In this document: one piece after another, positions 51,350 through 64,000 of the stretch | Position numbering within the stretch: the stretch's first letter is position 1 | How the letters are laid out: each line of letters opens with the position of its first letter | Origin: Chiloscyllium plagiosum | Lineage: Eukaryota | DNA: 64,000 nucleotides | Assembly: GCF_004010195.1 (NCBI RefSeq) | Contig: NC_057719.1 | Location: 90,039,603 to 90,103,602, forward strand | Direction of reading: 5' to 3' | The notes under the pieces: generated by a model | Told to the model about the DNA's origin: nothing | The model's input: the letters and a program-made list of their open reading frames with translations, nothing else | Databases searched by the model: none | Position numbers and translations under genes: made by a program

Positions 51350-51705
51350 GTGGATGACCCAGTGGCTCAGTGGTTAGCACTGCTGCCTCAGCGCCAGAGA
51401 CCTGGGTTCAATTCCTCAGGCGACCCTCTGTGTGGAGTTTGCACGTTCTTCCCATGTCTGTGTGGGTTTCCTCCGGGTGCTCCAGTTTCCTCCCACAATC
51501 CAAAGATGTGCAGGTTAGGTGAATTGGCCATGCTAAATTGTCCATAGTGTTCAGGGATGTATAGGTTAGGGGCATTAGTCAGGGGTAAGTGTAGAGTAAT
51601 AGGGTAGGGGGAAATGGGTCTGGGTGGGTTACTCTTCAGAAGGCCAGTGTGGACTTGTTGTTTCGAAGGGCCTGTTTCCACACCATAGGGATTCTATGGT
51701 TCTAT
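51350..51705 (+). mobile_element. HE1-type V-SINE
   Basis: Head, V-domain and tail. Confidence 0.9.
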
Positions 51706-51737
51706 GACATGCACTGTGCATTTCCAGACTGAGTTTT

Positions 51738-52042
51738 GATTAGATTAGATTCACCACAGTGTGGAAATAGGCCCTTTGGCCCAACAAGTCCACACCAACC
51801 CACTGAAGAGTTACCCACCCAGACTCATTTACCCCTGACTAATGCAATTTAGCATGGCCAATTCACTTGACCTGCACATCTATTTTTGGAATGTGGGAAG
51901 AAACTGGAGCACCCAGAGGAAACCCATGCAATCACGGGAGAATGTGCAAACTGCACACAGTCAGTCACCCGAGGCTAGAATCGAACCCAGGTTCCTGGTG
52001 CTGTGAGGCAGCAGTGCTAACCACTGAGCCACCATGCCACCC
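51738..52042 (-). mobile_element. HE1-type V-SINE, tail-to-tail with the previous copy
   Basis: Tail gattagattagatt, V-domain and head. Confidence 0.9.
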
Positions 52043-52439
52043 TTGGAGAGGCAAAAGCTGTCAGTGATTTGATGAAGCAACAAGTGTGCTGACAAATTAA
52101 TTCAATTCTTCAGTCTATTCTTCGTGCTTATAGAGAGAAAAATGCCAACAATGTGCACAGTCTCTGATCATTCAGTGTGAACTTCAGCCACGGTGTGTAG
52201 TGTGCAGGTCCTCGATCATTGAGTGAGAGCTGGAGCCTAAGTGATTGGTTCACTGACTTCATTGCATTATACTTAGCTGCTATTTCTCACTGGCACAAAA
52301 GCAAATCCTGTACAAGTATAACAATATTCATTGTCATCGTCATCATTCAGACTTGTGTGGAAAATCACCAGCCTTGGAGTCAGATTCAGGATTCAACCAC
52401 AGAGTTTATTGTACGAAGAAACTGGAGCTCTGCGGGGGG

Positions 52440-52462
52440 AGAGAGAGAGAGAGAGAGAGAGA
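52440..52462. repeat. (GA)n microsatellite
   Basis: gagagagagagagagagagaga. Confidence 0.95.
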
Positions 52463-53165
52463 TGTCCACAGCAGGGCTGTCAGCTGCGAGCCTTCTCTCA
52501 CCCTCTGAGCACGTCATAATATTTTATACATTTTGTGGTATAATATTTGAAGTATCGAGTCTTTGTTTGTACAGCATGGTCTGTTTACAGAAAACATTGC
52601 GGAGTCATTGTCAGTTACAGCAGCTACACAGAAGTCCATTGTTGCAGTAATTGGTCGTGTTCGTTCTTCCTGAGAAGGAAGATTGTTTTCCATTACTGCA
52701 AATCTAAGGTATTAACACTTGTATACATTTCTATTGAAGGTGGTGGCTGGACTCAGACACTTTGGGCAGTAGACATTACTGATGTGTATTCTCTCCCCCC
52801 ACGTGCCTTAAGCTAATCATCTGTGTTCTGTGTCTATTGTGCTGGTATCCTGATAGCCTCAGACAGTATCTGTGTATGCTTTGTTGTGTTTTCTATGTAA
52901 TGGCTCAACGGTCATCTAGTGTGCTAAGTGACCAACCTATGACTCAGCGGCCATCTTGTGTCTGTATGCCCTGTGTCAGCTAACCCCGTGTAAACTCCCA
53001 CTTCAAAACCATTACTGATCTACAGCTCACTCCATGTGTTCTGTATCCCACAAAACCCCAACAAGATTAAAATCTTTTAATCTAATGTGAAATATTTTAA
53101 TTAACTCCTTCATCTTCCACCTTTTGTGGGGAGAGAGTTTCAAATGTCCACATTTTCAGGATGTG

Positions 53166-53363
53166 GAGGAGCTGGTGTTGGACTGGGATGGACAAAGTTA
53201 AAAATCACACGACATCAGGTTATAGTCCAACAGGTTTAACTGGAAGTACTAGCTTTTGGAGCACTGCTCCTTAGCCGATGAAGGAGCAGCGCTCCGAAAG
53301 CTAGTGCTGCCAAATAAACCTGTTGGGCTATAACCTGGTTTTATGTGATTTTTAACTTTGTTT
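53166..53363. mobile_element. Palindromic PLE-derived mini-element (third family)
   Basis: Inverted arms; core ccgatga-a-ggagc-agc-gctcc-gaaa-gcta; TSD acatttt(c/g)agg(a/g)tgtg at 53150-53165 and 53364-53379. Confidence 0.85.
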
Positions 53364-54744
53364 ACATTTTGAGGGTGTGTAGTAGTATATCATGTAAAAT
53401 TAACATTTTCTTTACTATTCAATGTTCCTCAAAGTAAAACATTCTCTTCACCCATTAAGCTGGAGTTATACAACACATTCAGACTGTTTGATATGTTCAT
53501 TTTATATCAGTCTGTTTTGTAGAGATTCTCTGAATAATGAAATGAAGTGAACTGCTCCTCATGACTCCACTGCCATATTCTCTTGGTTATTCGTCCCTAA
53601 TGGTTTAATGGCAGTTTTCCACATTACCCAGCTAATCGAGGGTGATGTGATTGTCAAGACTTGCCTTTTGTTGTCTATTAATGGGGAGCTATGTCTCCAG
53701 AATTCTCAAAGGGCTTTTCTTTCTTCTCAAAAGCAAACACCGAAACCACACACAGCCATCTGTTTAAAATAATTAGAAGTATCAGACACAATAACACCTT
53801 TTTCAGAGTGTGATTCTCCCCTCCCTCCTAAGGTTATTGGACTGTTTGTTGTATCTACATGTTCAAGTACATTCATACTGGTATGTTCTTGCGAGTTAGA
53901 TTAAAGCTTCTCTTTGAAGTTCAAACATAATAGTTTTTACTATGATGTTCATTTGTAACCCACTGTCTGCATATGTCAGCAGTAAGGAGGCACTGGGTGG
54001 GGGTAGGATTTAAAGCAAAGAGACCTTAGAGAGTTACTTGGCTAATTTTGTTTGTAATATTGAAAAGTCAATGTACAGAGCCTAGACTCATTGTTCAGTA
54101 GGCGATGTAAATAAGAAAAGGGCCAAATTGAATTGTGGTGGTTTGGTTCTGTCATAAACCTTGAGATGGGAGATGGAATGCGGGGGAAGGTTTACAGTCT
54201 GGTTACTGGAAATAGAGAGGGTGCAGTGAGAAGTTAGGAAGAATATAACCAGAACTGCATTTACCTATCCTTTAATACAATGGGGGTCCTACAGCTATAT
54301 GCAGGAGTGTAAATCAGCCAAAAGATTACACCATGTAGGAAGCTGTATTCACTGTGCAAGAGCCTCAGTCATAGTCAAATAATAGTGAGATTATCAAAAG
54401 TTGTGGTATGAGTGAGTGACTGCAGACTGAAGACGTGAGAAGGAAGGACTTGCTCCATCTCCTGCCCTTGAAGAGTGATACTGTGTGCCATCTCTTAGAT
54501 GCTTGCTGCCACTATTTGCCAATAATACAGGCATTGACCGTTGCTCTGTGCACGGGGAGGATACTCCGAAGCTGCACATTTACAGTGTTGTGAGACTGCA
54601 TTCTCCCCTTATTTTCCCATTGCAAAATCATTCCTACATGCAAAATTTTTGAGGGATTTGATAGATCCCATGTCACTGGTTATTGAATTCCTTCCCCTGT
54701 TTACCTGACAAACGTTAAGCCCTCAACAACATCAGTAACAACAA

Positions 54745-54903
54745 ATTACTTAGTCGTTTATCTCATTCCTGTTTTTGGGCATTTGCTGTGCGTAAATTGG
54801 TTGTTGCATTTCAATTTTGCTGTACAAGTGCTTTGTCTACAAAGTCATTGGTGATGTTCTGAGACTGTGAAAGGCTTCGTATAAAGGCAGTTCATTTTCT
54901 TTC
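54745..54903 (+). mobile_element. Deu-domain SINE 3' fragment (related - strand copy at ~55310-55730)
   Basis: tgtttttgggcatttgctgtgcgtaaattgg...gtgaaaggcttcgtataaaggcag. Confidence 0.5.
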
Positions 54904-55769
54904 ATATTGTGTGATGAAATAAGTCTTGGTAATAAATCATCTGGACCTGTGCACCATATTACTGACTGTCACAATTCATGCTGCAGCCACAAAATTACCT
55001 GTTGGTTGTTCACATAAAGCTTATCTCTAGTATAACTAAACTCTTGAAACCATATTCCTTATTAAGCCTCTAGGCAGGAAAAGCAGTTGCTTGCAAATGA
55101 CAGGGTTTGGTTATGCAAACAATAGGTGAATTATGAGCTCCTGAAAACTACTGAACAATTATTTTTAATTACTACTTGCAAAGTCAAGCCAAGTTGCTTT
55201 GATCTGGCCTTGTGCAGGTCTGGAGAGTGGGAGGAAAGGGCCAGTGGTCCCTGCAATAGGGTGTGTATGTGTAGCCTGCCAGTTACCCTTTGCTCAAATC
55301 TTTGCAAAGAAAAGAAAGATTTCCATTTATATTATGCTTGGTACATCCTCGGGGCATCCCAAAAATAGAGAAAATGCAGCAGCCAATTTCCACACAGCAA
55401 GCTCTCAAAAACACCAAAACTCGAGGTGTTCAGTGACTGGCCACTTCCAAGGTGCTCCATTATTAAACTGCCCCATCACTCTATTCTTATATATCAGTGT
55501 TGGACGATTCTTCCAAGCAACGAACTGATATCTGTCTCATCAGAGCTCAGTGTGCGTCTTGTCATATCTGGCACAAATGAAGATTGTAGTTGCTTTAGGT
55601 CAGCCATCTTCACTTCCTCAGTGGAGATATTTTCAAATCAACCTGTTGAGAGATCTCATTACACACCTTTGGAGTTGGTGGATCTTCAACCCGAGCCTCC
55701 TGGTTCGGAGGTAGAGTTGCAACTCTGCACCTCAAAGCCCTTTTAAAGTTACTAATGTACATATTTTTA

Positions 55770-57700
55770 ATCATAGAAATTTAGAAAATAAGAGCAGAAA
55801 TAGGCCATTCAGCCCTTCAAGCCGGTTTCAACATTGAGCATGATCATGGTTGACCATCTAACTCAGTACTCGTTTCCACTTCCTCCCTTTGATCCCTTTA
55901 GTTCTAAAAACTTTATGGAATCCTCCTCGAAAACATTCAATGTTTTGGCTTCAACTATTTTCTGTGGTCATGAATTCCACAAACTCTGGGTGAAGAAATT
56001 TCCACTCATCTCAGTTCTAAATGGTCAACCCCACATCCTTTTACTGTGATGCCCAGTTCTCGACTCCCTGGTTATTGGGAATGGCCTTCTTGCATTTGGC
56101 TTGCCTAATCCTGTTAGCATTTCATAGGTTACTATGAAATTCCTTTTCTTTCTTCTAAACTGCAGTGAATATAGTCTGTCTTCATATGTCCTGCTAACCC
56201 TGGAATCAGCCTGGTAACCTTGTTGAACTCCCTCCATAGCCAGCTTATGCCCGAAACGTTGATTCTCCTGCTCCTTTGATGCAGCCTGACCTGCTGCGCT
56301 TTTCCGGCAACACATTTTTCAGCTCTGATCTCCAGCATCTTCAGTCCTCACTTTCTCCATAGCCAGAACATCCTCCTTCAGAGTAGGAGACTAAAGCTGC
56401 ACACAGTGCTCTAACTGTGGTCCCACCAAAGCTCTGTACAATTACAGTAAGATATCCCTTCTTCTGTACATGAATCCTCTTGCTATGAAGGCCAACGTAA
56501 CATTTGCTGTCTTCACCATATGCTGCACCTACATGCTTACATTCAATAACTGGTTACAAGGGCACCCAGGTCATATTCCCGATCTACTGCCAGTCAGATC
56601 ATCTGCCTTTCTGTCTTTTAGTCAACCAGAATGGATAACCTCTTACTGAAGCATCTCTGCATCTTCCTCAAAGCTCACCCTGCCAACTCACTTGCTGATA
56701 TTACTTGCTGATATTACTTTTAATTCCCTCCTCTGAATCATTCCAATATTTTGTGAATAACTGGGGTCCCTGTGGGACAGATGTCACTGCCTGTCACTCG
56801 GAAAAAGGCCCTTTTATTTCAGCTGTTTCTTGTTTGCCCATTAGTTCTCTATCTGTCAGTTCACTACCCCCAATGTGCTTTAACATTACATACTAGTCTC
56901 TGTTATAGAACCTTATCAAAAACCATCTGAAACTCCAAGTAAATCGCATCCACTGACCCGCCACCCCCATATCAACTCTACTAGTTACATTCTTGAAGAG
57001 TTTCAAGAGATTGGTAAAGCATGATTTCCCACCTCAATTACCCTCCTTGGTGCTGCATTCCAAGCTTCTACCATGTTCTGGGTGAAAAGAGTTTTCCTTG
57101 AATCCCTTCTACATCATCTGCCTTTCACCTTCAAATTATACCCTCTTCTTCTTGACTTCGTAATCTTATATACCTCTATCAAGGTCCCACCTTAGCCAAC
57201 TCTGCTCCAAAGAAATCCTGATGAAGGGCTTATGCCCAAAAAGTCAATTCTCCCGCTTGTCAGGTGCTGCACTACCAGCTGTGCTTTCCCAGCAGCACAC
57301 TCTGATATCCAGCATTTGTAGTCCTCACTTTCTCCAAGGAGATCAACCCAAATGTATCCATCCTTGCTCCAAAACTAAAATGTTCCATCCCAGGCAACAT
57401 ACTGTTGACTCTCCTCTGCGCCCCCTCCAATTAAATCACCTCCTTCCTATAGTCTGGTGATCAGAACTACAAACCGGACTGCAGCTGTAGCCTTCTCAAA
57501 ATCCTGTACAGCTTCCCTGTAACCTCCCTTTTATTGGAATCTGTGCCTCGGTTGATAAAGGCGAGTATCCTGTACACTGTCTTAACTAACCTATTGACCT
57601 GCCCTGCTACTTTTAGGGATGTGTGGATAAGCAGTCCAAGATCATTCTGTTCCTCTGAGCTTCCCAGTGAAGACTCCTTCATCTTGTTAATTCTTCCAAT
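55770..57700 (-). mobile_element. CR1 fragments with two solo PLE terminal repeats inserted (56244-56354 and 57217-57332)
   Basis: CR1 remnants; TSD ctccatagccag at 56232-56243 and 56355-56366; ctccaa(a/g)ga(a/g)atc flanks the second insertion. Confidence 0.75.
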
Positions 57701-57708
57701 GTGCATGA

Positions 57709-57927
57709 CAGTCAGTTTTGCTATAACACATGTTTCTTCAATGCGAATTGGCCATTAGGTGATTGAAGATTTTAGACTATTATTTGTAGAATGCAAACGT
57801 TCCTTACATGTGTTGGCTATAACACGATTCTGGTCCCATTGGTTTAAATGGTGCTGCTCTTACACAATTTTCCTATAACGCGGGATCGCACGGGAACAGA
57901 ACTATCGCGTTCTATCAGAACAGACTG
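57709..57927. mobile_element. Tc1/mariner (Tigger-like) MITE
   Basis: Imperfect TIRs cagtcagttttgctataac and gttctatcagaacagactg; TA on the right flank; inserted in a CR1 remnant. Confidence 0.7.
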
Positions 57928-59299
57928 TACTTCACACTTATCAAGGTTAAATTCTATCTGCCATGTCTGCCCATCTGACCAATCTATTCAAGTACCAGGA
58001 ACGATCATATCCAGTAAAAGAGAACTTAACCATTGCCCCTTGACTTTCAGTAGCATTGCCATCACTGAATCACTCATCCTGGGAGTTACTGTTTCCAGAG
58101 ACTGAATTGAACTAGCCATATGTGACTACTAGAGGAGGTCAGAGGCTCAGAATCCTACTGCAAGTAATACACTTCCTGGCTCCCCAAAATCTGTTCACCA
58201 TCTACAAGACACAAATTGGGAGCATGGTGGAATACTCCCCACTTGCCTGGCTGGGTACTCTATCTAATCTGCAGTTTAATGAAGTCCAAGTACACTGAAG
58301 AATGTGCTTCACAGGAATGCCATCATAATAGCCAGAAATAGGAAGAAGTCTATTTTCAGTGACAAATTCACAATAAGCTGTGTTCACTCAATCTATACTG
58401 TTTCCTTTTTACCCAAGCCTGTGCTGTATTTTCTCTTGTTGAAAAGTGCCAGATTTGTGAGTAACACCATGTGAGGGGCATGGGTGCAAGTTCACTGTCC
58501 CAATGACAGCTTTGTTGGACGCTGTGGACAGAAAGCAAAGTCTGTAAAAAGTACTTTTCAGAACCAAAACTCAGGCTTTGACTCCCAAACTGCTGTGTGA
58601 ATGTTTGTGCCTGTCTATTCCTGGACATGGTGGTGTTAGTTAGAATATCAGTCTAAGGCAAGTAAGTTATGACACAAACAAGCAAAAATTGTAACTATAA
58701 ACATAATATTCTGAATCACATTTACCCAGCAAGTTATAATTAAGGCTTATATGTAGTCATAAGTGTTTTGAAAAGCTTAAAATTAGATAGCACATGGTCC
58801 AGGGAATGATTTGACTGACTGCCAAAAATGTTTAGATATTATGTATATGTTCAAGCTTTGAATGTTTGACATCATTCAACAATTGCTGTGAGGCACTCTT
58901 ACTGGCAGAAATCAGTTGTACTGTAATGTTAAGATGTCTGTGTGGTTACTAGGCAGATCTGTATTCATTGAGGAAGAGCATTGAGAAACAGTATTATTAA
59001 ATGTTAAACTTGTACAGAACCTTGGCTTGACCACACTTCAAATACTGCACAATGCTCTGGAAAAGTTGCAAAACATGATTTATAAGAATTATGCCAGAAC
59101 TGTTTTAGTATGGGAGGGCAAATGTGTCGGCGCAGGCTTGGAGGGTCGAAGGGCCTGTTCCTGTGCTGAATTGTTCTTTATTCTAACTCAGGAAAGGATG
59201 AAAGACTGAAATTGTTTCCTTGTGTCTGAGCCATAGAAGGGTCCAACAAATTGACGCCTTGGGGGATTATGAAAGGGTTTGAGATTGTAAAGATTTACA

Positions 59300-59930
59300 G
59301 TTAGAACATATGTAACACAGGAATGGGTCCTTCGATCCACAATGCTATGCCGAACATGACGCCAAATTAAACTGATCCTTTCTACCTACCCTTGGTCCAT
59401 ATCCCTCCATTCCTTGCATATTCATGTGCTTATCTAAAAGTCCCTTAATCACCCCCCCTAGTATCTGCCTACACTACCACCCCTGGCAAAATGTTCCAAA
59501 CTCTGTGTAGAAAATTTGCTCCTCCTCTCTCCTTTTAACTTGTCCCTCTCACCTTAAATGCATGCCCCCTCGTATTAAATATTTCAACTCCGGGTTGGTG
59601 GTCAGAATCTTTTTCCCAATCTATGCATCTCATAATGTTAGATTTCTATCAAGTCTACCCTCAGCCTCTGTCACTCCAGAGAAAACAAGCTGAGTTTTTC
59701 TAGCCTCTCCTTATTGCTCATACCCTCTAATCCAGGCAGCATCCTGGTAAACCACTCCTGCACCCTCTCCACATCCTTCCTGTAATGTGGCAATCAGAAT
59801 TGAGAGCAATACTATAAATGTGCCCTAACCAAAGTTAACAGTTGATTCTCCTGAGGTGTAGCACATCACACTTACCCAAATTAAACTTGATCTGCCATTT
59901 CTGCACCCATATCTGTAACTAATCTATATC
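59300..59930 (-). mobile_element. CR1 LINE 3' fragment
   Basis: Typical CR1 3' region (cagcctctgtcactccagagaaaacaagc...ccaggcagcatcctggtaaa). Confidence 0.75.
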
Positions 59931-60479
59931 TATATTCCATTTATAGAGGGTGCTAAATGGGAATTATCAGTACAAAATAGTCCTGAATAAATCCAATAAG
60001 GAACGCAGGAGAAACACATTTACCCAGAGAATGGCAAGAATGTGGAACTCGCTAACCTCAGGGCTGGTGAACAACTAAGACGCATTTAAGGCAAAGAAGG
60101 CTAAACATTTGAAAGAGAATAGAGGAATAAGCTGAAATGAAAGCAAGCTATTGTTGATGTTAGAAACCTGAAATTATAGAAAATGTTGAATAAACTCAGC
60201 ATCTGCGGAGAGAGAAACAAAGTCAAGTTTGATATGACATTCAGAACCAGAGTCATAGCAGACTTAACATTCTCCACTGATGTTGCCAGACATTGAGTTT
60301 CTCCAGGATTTTCTGTCTCCATTACCAGAATGGATGAATATTGGGAGGAATCTCATGTTGAGCATAAATCAGTTAGATTGGAAGTCTGGATTCTGTGTTA
60401 TGTAATTTGTTAAATGCAGTTTACATCTGTCTGTAGCGATTTGCATAATTTGCAAAATCAATTTGTGCATCATTAGCAA

Positions 60480-61050
60480 ACATAACCACTCAAACTTCAG
60501 CACCATTCACCACTGAGACATTCCATGTCCAATTGTTAGCAAGACCTGAATGTTATCCAGGCTGGGACTGATAAGTGAGGAGTAACATTTATGCCACACA
60601 AGTGCTAGGTATTGACCACTTTCAACAAGAGAGAACCTAACCATTACCCCTGGACATTCACTGGTTTTGACGTTACTGAGTTCCCCCACTATCATCGTCC
60701 TGGGGGTTGCCATTGATCAGAAACTGAACTGGACATGCCATATAACCACAGTGGCTGCAAGAGCAGGTCAGAAGGTAGGAATACTGCAGCAAGTAATTTG
60801 CCTCCAAAATCCTCAAAGCCACCATTTACAAGGCATAAGTTAGGAGTGAAATGGAATACTCCCCATTTGCATGGATGAGTGCAGTTCCAACAATGCTCAA
60901 GAAGCTTGACACCATCCAGAAGAAAGCAGCCCACTTGATTGGCACCACGCCCACTCCGTCCACTACTGGCAGCAGTGTGCACCATCGGCAAGATGCATAC
61001 CGCAACTCGCCAAAGCACCTTCAGCTGCACCATCCAAACCATGACGCCTA
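60480..61050 (+). mobile_element. L2/CR1-like LINE fragment
   Basis: MEYSPFAWMSAVPTMLKKLDTIQKKAAHLIG. Confidence 0.75.
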
Positions 61051-61130
61051 GCAATTAGAAGATTGGATTTTAGAATATAAAAGTTATTTTGATTAAATCT
61101 TACATTACCAAGTTTTCTATCAAGCCATGA

Positions 61131-61358
<228 letters not shown>

Positions 61359-61361
61359 TAG

Positions 61362-61448
61362 CGACAATGGTCTGGTTGGTTAATATGGCAGACACTGATC
61401 CAGAAGCCCGGTCGAACCCTCCGAAAGATTCTGGTTTGCCACCACCCG
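61362..61448 (+). CDS. PSEN1: Presenilin-1 exon containing the endoproteolysis site (equivalent of human exon 9)
   Basis: Acceptor gttttgcatag. Encodes STMVWLVNMADTDPEARSNPPKDSGLPPP; STMVWLVNMA is PSEN1-diagnostic. Donor G|GTGAGT; 87 nt. Confidence 0.96.
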
Positions 61449-63939
61449 GTGAGTGCAACAGTTTGCTTTAGTTAAACCTGATAGGAAACATCCAAGAAAG
61501 TCACTGTGTAATAAAACCACTCTGATATTGTCTCTAGTTCTGCACTTGTTGGAGTTGCATTTGATTTCTGAGCGTTGTTTTTAAAATGTTATTTCCTTCA
61601 ATTACTATGTCCAAAAGAGCTCACTCAAAAGAAGGGAGATTTTACTTAATCTTTTGCAACAAACGATAATCTAAGGTATTGTTTTCAAGAAAAAGTTGTT
61701 AGAGTTCAGAAAATTGAAAATTGAAAGGAAATGCTGAAGGTTAATTTGAGAAAATTATGCCTTTCATTCTGAAATGTAAACCGATGTCCTATATTCCAAG
61801 AGCACAGATACAGCTACAGAAAGTCTTTCTATTTGTATTAACTCCTTCAATTACTGCATCCAGTGATTCTAAAATAGTTTGAGTTACATTTCCACTATTC
61901 TACCAAGAAATCCTTGATGCTTCTTCCTGTCTTAGCTTACCTATCACCAGTTTGAACCTGAGTTCTTTTGTGGATCTGTTCTAGTTTCACTTGGAATAGA
62001 GTTGTTAGAATATTTAAAAGTGGCTTAAATGTTCAACATATTGCAGCTTCCTTTATTTGAGTCTATTTGCCTTGACTGTGAGTGCAGGGGAAAGGGGAGA
62101 TTAAAGTGCATCAACCACGACAGTTTAGAAACAAACAGAGAATGCTGGGGAACCTCAGCAGGTCCGGCAGTGTTCATGAAGCAAGAAACAGAGTTCTATT
62201 TTCAGCCTGATATCGCGGTTCTTCAGAATTCTGTTTCATTCAGTGCAACTTCTTTTCCAGTTTTGAACCAGTCATTTGGGCATACAGAACATGAGTATTG
62301 CTGCAAAAAGACACATTCTGTCAAAACTTTTGGTCTTGCACTCATCAGAGCATTTGCAAGAAATAGCAATGTAGAGGGGAAACAATATGAGTCTTGTCTT
62401 TTTTCAGCAAAGCTATTTGGAAACTTTAAATTCAGAGTATGTTAAATACCTAGTGCAAGACATGGTCTATAAAGGACCATTTGATGAGACATGACATGTC
62501 ACAGGTAAGAACTAAGATTGACTTATAAGTCACAATACAATGAACAGAGCTTCTCTGAGAAGAGTTGAAGGCTGAGTGGAACATGGGATAAACACCTCAG
62601 ATGAGTTGTCTGCATGATTCTCTACATCTGGTATACTATTCATGTGTAGATGCAGGCCTCGGTAATCAGGAAAGAATGACACTATTGTCTTCAAAAATAG
62701 TTGTGCTTTCAGCACATGTCTGTTCACCCTGACAGCAGACAATGGAACTGGAACTGATCACATGATTGTTTATGTTTAAGAGCGTACATAGGAACGGAAG
62801 CAGGCTATTGGTGTCTTGAGCCTGCTCTACCATTCAATAAGTACATGACTGATTTGATTGTGGTGTTAACTCCAATTTCCTGCCTGGCCTTTGGCTCCCT
62901 TGCAGATCAAAACTCGGTTGGACTCAGTGGGCTTGTAAATTACAAAGCCTAATGACCCTCAGAAGAAATTCCTTACTTTAAATGTGTGACTTCTAGTTCA
63001 GATACCCTATGAGAGGAGAGAAATAGCCTGAAGGGGAAGATGACAGAGACCTTTGAGGGTCTGATAAATGGTGAGATTTTGAAGTCCAATCTCTTACGAG
63101 ATTAGCAGCTAATTTAGGTCAGTGAGTATTGGCTTATTGGGTAAATTGTGAATGTCAACTTGACTGTCCATTGAACTTTGATCCAATATGTTGTAGTTGT
63201 CTTACCAGGCTACTGGAATCTGGAGTCTTGAACCTTTTTTGCCCTTAAACCTGGTGACAGTGGTTAAGGGTCAGAACAGTATCAGATCTAGAGCATTTTA
63301 TTGATATTTCACAGGTCAAGAGTCACTGCTGTTTTCCATCAGGTAATGCACAATTGATGACTATGATTCAATGATGTGTAATTGAACTTGATTTCAATGG
63401 TTCTGAGTCACAGCTTTCCCAATATTTACCCTTAAGTTGGAAAGGAATTTCCCAAGTGATTTTCCTTGATTGGTTGCAGCTTACTGTTCTGCTCAGATTG
63501 TTTTTATTTGCCAGAGTATTATGTGGCTATATTGGCCTAGCAGTATGGGAAATAGAATCATGGGATGGTACAGCATGGCAAGTTATTCGCCCTTGCATGT
63601 TTCTGCTTACTCTTTTGAAATAGGTATTCAATTAGTCCCACTCTGCTGCTCTTTCCCCAGAGTACTTCTTCAGTGCTTAACTCTTAACAATTAGTCTTGA
63701 ATTCGTTTAGCCCACTGTAGACCATGCATTGCAGACTGAATCATTGACTGGAAAATGTTACCTTCTGTGGCTCTGTTTTTCAGTGTTTTTGCAGTGTCTG
63801 TTGACCTGATACTTGAACTGGTTTGGGGTCTTTGACTGATGAAGGTTTGTACTCAAGTATATTTGGATCTCCTAATCTGACTTGGTGACAGGAACTGCCT
63901 GCATTTGTAATGTATCTTCTCTGCTTTTAACCTCTGCAG

Positions 63940-64000
63940 GCCTTGCCCTCAATCAGACTTGTGCTGACGATGGCCCGACCCAGGTAGACGATGGGGGCTT
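63940..64000 (+). CDS. PSEN1: Presenilin-1 exon (cytosolic loop), cut by window end
   Basis: Acceptor cctctgcag, phase 1. Encodes GLALNQTCADDGPTQVDDGG(F), matching the PSEN1 DDGGF motif. Confidence 0.88.

Noticed and set aside
54906..54975. Possible C/D box snoRNA (GTGATGA...CTGA with attgt/acaat flanks)
   Set aside because: No recognisable rRNA or snRNA guide, no clear C'/D' boxes, and it abuts a SINE tail; such motifs arise often by chance.

Overview
Vertebrate genomic DNA, most likely from a shark or other elasmobranch (inferred from abundant HE1-type V-SINEs and CR1 LINEs). The window lies inside a + strand presenilin-1 (PSEN1) gene. Eight coding exons can be reconstructed with in-phase GT-AG junctions: 880-966, 25746-25981, 44859-45000, 49522-49589, 50589-50809, 61171-61269, 61362-61448 and 63940 to the window end. 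The introns are dense with decayed CR1, L2-like and Rex1/Babar LINEs, SINEs, solo LTRs, a Tigger-like MITE, a tRNA-Leu pseudogene and many Penelope-like element (PLE) pieces. Two observations stand out. (1) Three PLE families carry minimal hammerhead-ribozyme cores. Several occur as ~200-bp palindromic mini-elements flanked by 10-16 bp target-site duplications (TSDs), and their fold-back point sits at the ribozyme. (2) A candidate alternative start exon at ~21928-22084 would give PSEN1 an N-terminus with an ExxxLL acidic-dileucine motif, resembling the PSEN2 lysosomal sorting signal. There is one assembly gap (27956-28437). Repeat boundaries were read by eye and are approximate.
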